Assembly: GCA_016283195.1 (NCBI GenBank)
Contig: JAEEML010000089.1
Span: 1-63,521 of the forward strand
Direction of reading: 5' to 3'
DNA: 63,521 nt
Source of the DNA: Deltaproteobacteria bacterium
GTDB lineage: Bacteria > JAEEML01
Shown: piece after piece, positions 46,902-58,900 of the stretch
Layout: every line of letters begins with the position of its first letter
Position numbering within the stretch: position 1 is the stretch's first letter
Notes under the pieces: model-generated
What the model was told of the DNA's origin: nothing
Seen by the model: only the letters and a program-made list of their open reading frames with translations
Database searches by the model: none
Position numbers and translations under genes: made by a program

Positions 46902-49900
46902 ATGAAAAGTAGAGCAAAACTACCTTTTTCGTTTATACTTTTTGCTTCCGGATTATTGGCCGGATGTAGCGGTCAAATAGCTGTAAGTGAAGATATTTTC
47001 AATTGCAGTCCCGAGCAACCCAACGGCATTTGTCCCACCGGTGAGGTGTGTGTGAATGGCCATTGCGAAGCCATCTATCAGCCTTGTTCGCCAGCGTATC
47101 CAAATGGTGTGTGTCCGGAAGGCACTTGCGTTAATGGTATTTGTATGACCAGTAGCGGACAGAAGGCCTGCTCCAAAAATAACCCAGGCGGCTATTGCGA
47201 TAATCCGAATGAAGTTTGTCTTAACGGCAAATGTGTGACGCCCAAACCGGAAGAAGCCTGTTCAAGGGATGCTCCCGACGGTTGGTGCGACCCAGGTTAT
47301 TGCTGTACAGGCGGTGCTTGTTGGCCCTGCGGCTGTGTGTGCGGTATCGATTGCCCGGCCGGCCGCTGCAGTAGCGGAGAAATTTGTGATAACGGTGTTT
47401 GTAAACCGGCAGAAACGGTAACCACCAAATGCGGTCCGGGCCAATGTTCCGGCCTTTGTGAATATGCTCAAAATTGTGTCGAAGATATAAAAGGTGATTG
47501 TTCTTGCCAGGCGGCAGCTCCGGCCAGCGGCTGCTCACCAACTAATCTGGCCGGTGATTGCCCGGCCGGGCAGTGGTGTTTAGGCGGCAAATGCCAGGAA
47601 ATTTCCGATGATATGTCTTGCGGTAAAAATTGCGGTAGCGGCATTTGCTCCGGCCATGCTTATTGCGTCGCCGATAGCGAAGGCTGCTCCTGCCAGGAAA
47701 ATGTATCGCCGGATTTAGTGTGCTCGGTTAGTAATCCCACCGGTTTATGTCCTGATGGCCTGGTGTGTAATGCCGGTAGTTGTTCGGTACCTGAATGTAG
47801 CTCACTTACTCCTTGGGGCGATTGCCCGGCCGGGCAGAGCTGCGTAAAAGGGCGCTGCCAGAACGGCGGTGATGAGTGTTCACCCAGCAATCCGAGCGGC
47901 GTTTGCAATGATATCTGCGATGGCGATAACTGTTATGAAGCTGTTTGTAATGCCGGTATTTGCGTGGCCGCTACTTGTAGCAAAGAGCATCTGCGCGGGC
48001 GCTGTGGCGGTGATTGTCTGATTTGCCATGAAGGCTCCTGTATCACCCCGCCCTGTAGTAAAGAATACGCCTGCGGTACCTGCCCCTCCTGCCAAGTTTG
48101 TAACGAAAACGCCGATAGCCCTGATTACGGTACTTGCGGCCCGGCCGCCTGTTCACTGGCCTGCCCTGAGGGTACCTGCTCCAGCGAGCGCGAGATTTGT
48201 ACCTCTTCCGGTTTTTGCGAAGTGCCTGCTTGCAGTGTGATTTACCCTTGGGGTGATTGCCGTGTCGGTATGTATTGTGAGGAAAATAAGGGCCCATGCG
48301 CCGATTTAGCTACCCCTGAAGATTGTGCTACCGATGTGAGTTGTACCTGGAATCAAAAACTTAATGGCTGTGTACGCAAAAATTACGGCCAATGTACACT
48401 GGAAGAGTGCGGCAGTGCTCCGGTCAGCAATCTTATTTGTAACAACCCGGCCTGTGAAGCTCTTGATAGCCAGAATGCCTGTGCCGCCGGTCCGGAATGT
48501 ACCTGGGGGCGCTGTAACGGCGGTGGAGCCTGTCCCACCATTTTAACCGAGGCTGATTGTGCGGCTAATGTCAATTGTTGGTGGCAAAATGGCTGTTTTG
48601 ACGGCCGGATGTGTGTTGAAGGTCATTGTACAACACCGCTTTGTAGCAAGCTCTATCCAAATGGCCGTTGTGATGAAGGATCCACCTGTTATGAAGGTAC
48701 CTGTGTTAAACTCGGTTGCGAAAGCGATAACGATTGCCAGATTCTTTCCGAAAAATGCGAGCAGTTGCCCATCGGTACCACCGGTTGTATAAAACAGCCC
48801 TGTAGCGTGGAAAAACCGGAAGGTGACTGTCTCCTTCTGGGCAATGAATACTTTGGTGAAATCTGTGATGGCGGTAATTGTGTGATACCCAGCTGCTCCG
48901 CTACTTATCCCGGCGGTGCTTGCGGCGATGCCGTTTGCGATGCCGCTCAAAATGAGGCTGCCTGTGCCACTGCCGCGCCGCATTGTCGCTGGCGTCCGGC
49001 TTGTGTGGCCATAGCTGGGCACAACGGGCCTGCTGCCGGTGTAAGCTGCGAAAATAATAGCGATAAATCGAGCTGCGAAGCTGTTTCCGGTTGTAAGTGG
49101 CAAGGTTGTACCGATGGGCGCATCTGTGCCGGCGGTAATTGTCTCCTGCCGCCTTGTAGCGAAAGTGTGCCCGATGGTTCCTGCCCGGCCGGTATGGCCT
49201 GCGAAGCCGGTAAATGTACACTCCAAAATTGCGGCCCGGTCAACCCGGCTGGCCCCTGTGTTTGCTCCGATTTGAACGAAACCGATTGTAAGGACACCAT
49301 TAAGGGCCTTGGCTGTATGTGGGCAGGCGGTGCCTGTGTCAATGATCCGGCAGCCACCGGCTTCCGTATTTGTCTTGGCGGCGTATGTAAACCTTTTGTC
49401 TGCGGTGCCGATTTTGGTATTGCTCCCTGTTTGGACAGCAGTTCTATTTGCGGCTTTACCGGTAGTAGCGGCGATACTTGTAACGTGGGTGACCCCGGCG
49501 GCGGTGACGGTCATGGTTCACCTTGCTGCTTTAAGCCTTCTTGTTGTGATACTTATCCCACCGGTGCTTGCGGCGGCGGCAGTGAGCGTTGCGTCGGCGG
49601 TACTTGTCAAAAACTCCCCTGTAGTCAAAATGCTCCTGATGGTGCCTGCGGGGCCAACCAGGTGTGTGATAACGGCGTTTGCAAGCAGGCCGCTTGCTCG
49701 GCCGAAAATCCCGGCGGCCATTGTGAATGTTCTATTTTGAGTAAAGCCGATTGCGCGGACAGCCAAAAAGGCTTTGGTTGTAAGTGGGATAGCAGTTCGG
49801 CGAGCTGCGTTGATGACCCCGATAGCGCAGATATCCGCAAATGTGCCGGCGGGGTGTGTAAGCCTTACCTCTGCGGCGCTGATTTTGCCGATGCTCCCTG

Positions 49901-52900
49901 TTTAGTGCCCGGTACCGTGTGTGATTTGGTGAAGCACGGCGAAACTTGCGAAACCAGCCAGCTGGTAAATAACGGCGACGGTATTAATACCAATTGTTGC
50001 TATACCCCAGTTTGTTCTACCGATTACCCCGGCGGCTCTTGCCAGCCCGGCTATATTTGTAACGGCGGCACCTGTCAGCAACTGCCTTGTAGCGCTAGTA
50101 ATCCGGCCGGTGCCTGCGGCGCCGGCAAAGTGTGTGTAAACGGCGAATGTCTCTCCGCGCCCTGTAGCCCGGAAGTCCCCAAAGGTACCTGCAATTGCGG
50201 AAGCATTACCCGCCAGGCTGATTGTACCGGCAGCGGCGCGGCTTATGGCTGCAAATGGCAAGGTAATAAATGTATCGACGATCCGGCCTCCAGTGCCTCA
50301 ACTAGCTGTCTAAACGGCACTTGCGCTCCTTATCTCTGCCGCGCCGAGTTCCCCAATGCTCCTTGTACAAGTAGCGGATATGTTTGTAAAATTCCTGACG
50401 CCGGCGAAGTGTGCGAGGGTACTAATAGCGGTTCCAGCGGTGCCTGCTGCGTCAAACCGGCTTGTAGCACTGATTATCCCGGCGGTGCCTGCCCCGACGG
50501 CCAGACCTGTTCCGGCGGTACTTGCGTGCCGCTGCCCTGTAGCCAGGTCAACCAGAACGGTGCCTGTGCCAGCGGCAAAATTTGTAAACAGGGCACCTGT
50601 GTAACGGCTCCTTGTAGTAGTACTGCTCCGAACGGTACTTGCGAAAATGCCGGCCAGCGCTGCTATAACGGTGAGTGCCTTGATTATGTCTGCAGCCGCG
50701 AATTCCCCGGCGCTGCCTGTACTCAGGAGGGGGCAGTTTGTGGCGCTTTGGTCGATCCTACCAAAGAGAGCTGCCTCTCAACCGCTCGCGGTGACGGCTC
50801 TTCAGCAGCCAGCCCCTGCTGCTTTGTACCTACTTGCTCCGCTACTTATAAGAGCGGTACCTGTCAGGATAGCTATATTTGTAAAAACGGCGAGTGTACG
50901 CAGCTGCCCTGTAGCCAGGTTAATAAAAACGGTGCCTGCGCCAGCGGCCAGTATTGTAATAATGGCACCTGTGAAGCCATTGCCTGCTCGCGGGAAAATC
51001 CCACCGGCCCCTGTGCCGATAATACCCAGCGCTGTGTAAACGGAGTTTGCAAAGATTACCTTTGCGGCGCCGATTTCCCGAGCGCTCCCTGCAGTGAAAG
51101 CGGGGCGGTGTGTGGCAAAATTGTTAATAGTGCTAAAGAGCGTTGCCTCAATAATAACGGCAACGGCACTTCTACTAATTGCTGTTTTGAGCCCTGGTGC
51201 TCCGCTCAATATCCCTCCGGCAAGTGCGCGGATGGCTATATTTGCAAGGGTGGCAATTGTGAGCAGTTACCTTGCAGCCCCAGTGCTCCTAATGGTGTTT
51301 GCGGTGCCAATCAGCGCTGTGTCGAAGGTCAATGTGAAGCGGCTCCCTGTAGTAATACCGCTCTAAACGGCACTTGCCTCTGTGCCGACTTAGGGCAGGC
51401 GGCTTGTACCAATCCCGAGAGCGGTTTTGGTTGCAAATGGCAGGGTGGCAAATGTATTGATGACCCGGATTCCTCTTTCTATCAAAAATGTGTTAACGGT
51501 CACTGCATACCATACCTTTGCGGTGCCAATTTTGTTAACGGTCCCTGCGAAAACGGCGGTGCGGTTTGCGGTGTGCCGAGCGGCCTCGATAGCTGCCTTA
51601 ACGGTGCGAATAATCCTTCAGCCGAAAGTCCTTGCTGTTTCATTCCTCACTGCTCCAGTACTTATAAAAACGGCAGTTGTGAAGAAGGCTCCATTTGTAA
51701 AGAGGGCGTTTGTACCAAGCTCCCCTGTAGCGTGGCTGTGCCCGATGGTGCTTGCCCCACCGGCCAGGAGTGTAGTAGCGGCGTTTGCATTAAATCCGTT
51801 TGTAGCCAGAGTGTGCAAGACGGGCGCTGTGAATGTAGTGATATAACTGTCGAAAGTATTTGTACCAATCCCGAGAGCGGCTTTGGCTGCATCTGGCAAG
51901 GCGGCAAATGTATTGATGACCCGGCTTCTACCAACAGCCGCCACTGTTTGAACGGCAATTGTACGCCATATCTTTGCAGCGCCGCTTTCCCGAATGCTCC
52001 TTGTGCCGTAAGTGGTACAGTATGCGGTAAGCCGGCAAATGGCGAGAGCTGCGCCGATGGTGGCAACCCGGCCGTGGCCTGCTGTTATGTGCCTAATTGT
52101 TCCAATACCTACCCGGGCGGCGCTTGTCCGGCCGGCCAGTATTGCAGCGGCGGCCACTGTGTGGCTTATCCCTGTAGCGCAACCAATCCTACCGGCGCCT
52201 GTCCGGCCAGCCAGGTTTGTGAAAATGGCTCCTGTCAGCTGGCAAAATGTAGCAATACCGCTCAAGATGGTACCTGCTATTGCTCTGATATTACCGAGCA
52301 ATCTATCTGCATGAGCAATGTCACCGGCTTTGGCTGCAAATGGCAAAATGGTAAATGTATTGATGACCCGGATTCTGTTGATAGTATGAGTTGCTCTGGC
52401 GGCAGCTGTCAGCCTTACCTCTGCGGCGCTAATTTCCCGAATGCTCCCTGTAGCGAGAGCGGAGCCGTTTGCGGTAAACTTGTTGATAGTACTAAAGAAT
52501 CTTGTGAAAATAATCGCGGCGATGGCGTAAACAGCAACTGCTGCTTTAAGCCTTGGTGCAGTAGCACTTATCCATCCGGCCAGTGTCAGAGCGGCTATGT
52601 GTGCAGCAACGGTACTTGTATGCAACTGCCTTGCAGTGCCGGTAATCCCACCGGTGCCTGTGGTGCCGGCCAATATTGTAATGCCGGTGTTTGCACTCGC
52701 TATGCCTGTTCCGATGAGCACCCCACCGGCACTTGCGCGGCCGGCAAAGTGTGTGAAAAGGATAACGGCGCCGCCCATTATAGCTGTAGTTCGCCAGATT
52801 GTTCGGCCTCTTATCCTTACGGCGAATGTCATGCTGCCGGTACTATTTGTGTAGCCGGTACTTGTGAAGCCACCTGCGGCACCGGTGCCGGGCAAAGTGC

Positions 52901-55900
52901 CACCGGTTATTGTTCCGGCGGTCTCGCCTGTGTCATGACCGCTTGTGCCAATTCTTGCGAAAATGATTACGATTGTGATGGCATTCCCAATAGCGTGGAA
53001 GGTAATGACGCTATTGATACCGATGGCGACGGTATCCCGGATAGCCGTGATATCGATAGCGATAACGATAGCATTCCCGATCGCGTTGAGATAGGACCGG
53101 ATCCGGCCCATCCCTTGGATAGCGATGGCAACGGTACCCCCGATTACCGCCAAACCGATAGCGACGCCGACGGCATTCCCGATAGTGTCGAAGTTGGCCC
53201 CATTCCCACCCAGCCAGTGGATAGTGATGGCGACGGTATTCCCGATTACCGCGATGTCGATAGCGACGGCGATCTTATTTATGACAAATTTGAAGGCCAG
53301 GGCGATGTTGATCATGATGGTATCCCAAATTATTTGGATGATGACAGCGATGGCGATGGCATCCCCGATAGCATCGAAGCGCGGCCAACTCCTTATGATG
53401 ATAGTAGTTTCCACGCCGGTGATATTCCGGCCGACCATGACGGCGACGGCACTTACGACTTCCTCGACCTCGATAGCGATAATGATGGCGTTCTCGATAA
53501 AGACGAAGATGTCAACGGCAACGGTATCATCGATTGCCAAGTCAACGGGCGCGGCGAAGTTGTCTATGTTTGTGAAGAGATTACCAATAAAGATGTCTGT
53601 CAGGCTCATGAATGTACTTGGAACGACGCCGCCAAAGTCTGCGGCGAAACCAGCTGCCCCAATAGCTGTGATGTCAATGCCTTTAATCCCGGCTGTAAAG
53701 ATGATCATGCCCGCTGCGTTCTTTCCGAAACTTCGCGTATTCATGTTGACAGTGATTGCGACGGCATGGGCGACGGCAACGATGGCCTCTTCTTGGCTTG
53801 CGCCGCCGACAATTTGAAGCCCATCAACCTCTTCTACGACCGCGATGCCGATATAGCTATGGCTCTCGAGCAGGCTTTTGACGAAGCCGGTAAATTTAGC
53901 GTCGGCGGCGTGCGCGGTATCTACTTTGATGCCTCTAATAGCAGCGCTGCTTATGGCGTTTCCGGTTTTGTTCTCGCTAAAACTCCGGCCAGCGCGGCCA
54001 TTAACGAGAGCACTCCGCGGCAAAAGGTTATTAAGCAGGAAGAGTACGATCGCGGCCTCTTGTCCTCCTTTAATCCGCAGGTGGTTATTAGCCGCTATAG
54101 CGAGACTTTTGACGGTTTTGCCACTTCCATCTTCCGCTATACTTTGACTAGTAGCGGCTCTGTTTCCAATGCCCGTACCAATGTGCTTAAAGCTCTGGCC
54201 GGCGGCGCCAATGTGGGGACGCCTATCGGTTACGGTCCCAATGCCACGGCATATACCTTAATTATTCAAACTATTTACCGCTATGATGACGGCGGCTCAA
54301 ACGGGCGGGTTATTCTCCTTGGCGCCATTATCCCCACCGCGCTCTATGGTTCCTGCGGGGCTAATAATACCAGCGGTACTTGTAATGCTTTGGCTTCCTG
54401 TAATTTTGTAAATAATAAGTGTGTGGAATATGATTGCCGGGCCATTAATGGAGCAGCTTCATGTAATAGTAATAATCACTGTACCTGGAATGATATTGAC
54501 GAAATTTGCGACAATAAGCAGCTGCCGCTTTTCTATGTGAATAACGTCACTTCCGGTTCCACGGTGACCCAGTTTGGTGATGACCTAGACAAGCTCTGCC
54601 AGAGCTTCAGCCAAAAATCCGGTAAGGTGGACTTCCTCTGGCTGCTCGATTTCTCCAACTCTATTTACCCGGCTCGCCAGCAAATTAAGGACTCTGCCTC
54701 AACATTCTTTGAATTACTGAATAAGACTGAGGCCGACTTCCGTGCAGCCCAGACCGGTGCTCATACTTTTGATGATAACCAATCGCTTTATAGTGGTGTT
54801 AATAATTATTCCGGACAATATTTTACTATGTTCTATGGATATAACACATCAGGTGTAGCAAATAGTCCTTGGCCACCTAACTATGATTTCCGCGCTTGTG
54901 ATTCTTTAAATGGTGTTTGGGTTGGAGCCAATGGTTGTTTGATTGATGAATTTACCGGTTCTTTGGCCTTTAGCGATGACGTAGCTAACCGTGATTATCT
55001 CTGGAATTGTGCTTCGCAAATTAAAGGGCCAGGTTGTACAACTAATTATACATGCACGGCTTGCGGCGGTGCCACCAGCGGTACTGTTTACGCACCGGAA
55101 TGTTATTTTGCCTCCCGTATGGTTTGTAAAAATACTGTCGGTAACTCTGAAACGCCGCTCTTAATGGCTGAATGGGCCATGTACCGCTACTTTGATAAAC
55201 ACATTTGCGCGGATGCCTTTGAAGATGGTTCTCTCCCAACGGCGGAGACTTGTGATACTCGTGAAGGCTGTTTCTGGTCCGGCGGAAAATGTATTCCCAA
55301 TAACTGTGCTTTAGCTACTACCGCAGCGCAGTGCGAGACGATGATAGAAGATAATACCAATGATGGTGTTAAGCTTATCGGTTGTCTCTGGAATAATCAG
55401 ACAAATCAATGTGTGCCAAATTATAGCTGTGAAGCACAGCCAGATGACTTTGCCTGTAGTAATATAACTATTCAGAATACTTGCAATTTACTTGGATGTA
55501 CGTGGAATAGTTGGAGAGGTACATGTTCTGGTACCTTAAATAGAAATACATATAAACGTTGTGAGGACCTAACAACGGAAGCTAATTGCAAACTTGGCGC
55601 GCCTCTTTGCTATTGGAACGGTTCTAGCTGTGGCTGGTCTGTATGTGATAATAATAGTAAGGATCGTCCTATAGCTACATACTCACGTTGTTCAGTGGCT
55701 ACTACTCAAGCCGCCTGTCAGCAAAGCACTACCTGTGTTTGGGAAGACGGAGTTTGCCGGGCTCTGCCACGTGAACGGATGCGTATCGATGCCACTCCCA
55801 TTATAGTGGCTGTTACGGATGAAGAAGAATGTTTCTTAAAAGATAGCGCCGGGCAATATGGCAATGGTAATGGCACTTATACCAAAGCCGCTTGTGGTGG

Positions 55901-58900
55901 TTCACAATCAACAGGTGATAGTAAAGACTTTTACTCTGGTAATGCGGCTGATTCTTATGGCTACAACTGGTGGAATAGTTCTACTAAGGGTTATTATGTA
56001 CGGCAGCAGCGCCAGGAATCTTTCTCGCGCTTCTTCCAATCGCGCGGTACTTTAGTCTTTACCTTAACTGGTGAAAAAGCTACTACTCAAACCAATGGCG
56101 GGTGTCAGCTTGATGGTGATGGAGATGGTAAAATAACAGCAAGTACTTCAGGTAACCTTACTGCTGATATTAATGCTCAGCCGGGTAATGCTCTCATTAG
56201 CGTGGCCGAGAATACCGGTGGTGGTTGGGGTTCTATTTGTGCCACCAACGTTTATCCGGCTGTTGAGAGTATCATCATCACCTCGCTCGCCAAATCCTCC
56301 GCTTACAAACTGGAAGCGGCTATCGACGGCAAAAAGGTGCAGCCTATCGGTTCCACAATCAAAGTGGTGAGCGAAGTTTGCGCCGATGACCCGGCCATGA
56401 CTTATATGAATTACAATGACCGTTGTAACCAGGGTGATGAATATAGCTGCCGGGCCAATGGCTGTGCTTGGAAGAATGGCAGCTGCTCCGGCTGTACCAA
56501 CCGCATCTCTAAAGTCATCCCCATGAGCCGTGAAAACGGCTTTGATTACGATGCCTTAAATAACACTATTACTCTCTTTGGCTCAGCCCGCCCGGCCCGC
56601 GGCCGCGATATTGTGGTTTCCTTCCGTTACTGGATCAATAACCCGCAGCTACCCGAAGGGCCCAGCACCAATACCTGTTCGTGCCCGGGTACTTCCGATT
56701 GTAGCCAGCTTTCCGGCGAAGCAGCTTGTAAAGCAACTGGTACCTGTACCTGGACCGGCCTCGAATGTACCGGCGAATATGCCAGTAACTGCAGCGCTAT
56801 AAATAGCCAATCGGCCTGCACCGCCGACTCGGCCTGTAAGTGGGAAAATGGTACTTGTAAGTTTGCCTGTGCTTGTGCCGGCGGTGCCCAGTGCGGCGGT
56901 CTCTCCTGTGAAAATCAAACGACCGAAAATGGCTGTAATGCCACTATCGGCTGCGTCTGGACTGTGGGTATGTGTATGTCCACCGGTATTTGCAAGATTG
57001 ATCCGGAGTGCGGCCATAGCTGTAATGAGTATCAAACCTGTAACCCCAATACCGGTATTTGCGAATGTAATCTCGATTGTAATAACCAATGCGGCTTGGG
57101 CGAGATTTGTAATTACAACCAGGAATGTAGCGGTATTGGCGGCGAAGCGGCTTGTAGAGCGGTAGAGAGTGAAGGCGTTTGTTTCTGGCGCATAGATTCT
57201 CTTATCTGCGAAGACGGCGATTGCGGCAAATGTTTCTGCGACAAGACCTGCGGTGGTTGCGGCAAAGGGCAGTTGTGCGATAGTGATGAAAATTCCAATA
57301 CTTGCGGCCAGTGCCTCTGCAATACCACTTGTAGCGATACCAATTGCAATTATAACTGCGCGAGTGTTAATAATGCCGCTGATTGTGATGATTGGCCAGG
57401 CTGCTCTTGGGTAAACGGCAGCTGTAAGCGCACCGCCTACATGGAGTGCGATCCCGATCTAAATAGCGCTTCTTGCGGCTTTTGCGTGGTGGATAGCGAT
57501 TGTAGCTTACACCCCTGCGAAGAGGGCGAAATTTGTAACCCCACCACCGGTATGTGCGAATGTGACACCACCTGCGGCGGCGGCTGTAAAGCTGGCTTTA
57601 TTTGCGACAGCACCCCGAGTAGTCCGACCTGTGGTCAGTGCCATTGTGATGAAAACTGTGGTGGTGAGACGCCGCCCAGTGGGCAAAAGTGTGACGACAA
57701 CACCAATAGTGCTACCTGTGGCCTCTTTACCTGTGACCTCACTTGTGGTAGCCCCTGTGGTGCACACACCTATTGTGATGAAGATGAAGATTCGCCAACT
57801 TGTGGCCAGTGTGTTTGTGATACTACCTGTAACCACACAACACCCAACATCGGTATGAAGTGCGATGATAACACCAATAGCGCCACTTGTGGCCAGATTA
57901 TCTGTGGCGCGGCTTGTAACGGCGGCTGCCTGGCTGGCCAGATCTGTAATGAAGCCCTGGGCACTTGTGGTCAGTGTGTCTGCGATACCACTTGCGGTGG
58001 TTCCTGCCCAACCGGCCAAACCTGCGACAGTGACACAGGTAGTGCCACCTGTGGCCAGTGTGTTTGTGACACTACCTGCGGTGGCTCTTGCCCGGCCCAT
58101 TATAATTGCAATAGTGACATCACTAGCCCCACCTGTGGCCAGTGTGAGTGCGATACAAACTGTACCGGTCAGGATATTGGCATTGGTAAGAAGTGCGATG
58201 ATAATCCCTCTAGCCCCACTTGCGGCCAGGTAATTTGCGACACTACCTGTAACGGCGGCTGTGCCAGCGGCCAGAAATGTATCAGCGAACCCGCTAATCC
58301 CAAGTGCGGCCAGTGCGAATGTGATACCACTTGCGGCGGGGTGACTCCGGCAGCCGGTAGTGGCCTTAAGTGCGACAAAGATACCAATAGCCCCACTTGT
58401 GGCCAATTGGTTTGTGACACTACCTGTGGCGGGGCTGCTCCAGGCACCGGCATGAAGTGCGATACCAGCACCACCAGCCCCACTTGCGGCCAAATTGTTT
58501 GTGACACCGAGTGTGGTAACCGCTGCACCGGCGAAAAGGTTTGCGACAGCAGTGCCACCAGCGCCACCTGCGGTACCTGTATTTGCGGTGATGAGTGCGG
58601 CGGTCCTTGCCCGGTTGGCCAAACCTGTAACCCCGCCCTGGGTGATTGCGGCCAGTGCGTTTGCGACACTACTTGCGGCGGCGGTGAATGTCCCACCGGC
58701 CAGAAGTGCGATGATAACAGTAACAGCCCAACCTGCGGCGCCTGTATTTGCGACATCACCTGTCATGGGGCTACACCCGGAGCCGGCCAGAAGTGTGACA
58801 CCAATACTGCCAGTGCTACCTGTGGCCAGATTGTTTGCGATACTTCCTGTGGTAATAGCTGTTCTGGCGGCAAAGTGTGTGACGATAATATTAATAGCGC

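Noticed and set aside
51618-54023. 801-aa ORF on the minus strand. Similar long antisense ORFs lie at 48543-49514 (323 aa), 57507-59642 (711 aa), 49902-50261, 50802-51209 and 59916-60290.
   Set aside because: All lie entirely inside the giant plus-strand gene. Their translations are low-complexity Ala/Gly/Thr/Ile strings with no motifs. Stop-free antisense frames are expected from the TGY/GGN/ACN/GAY-dominated sense codons. The sense frame carries a signal peptide, coherent repeats and known motifs.
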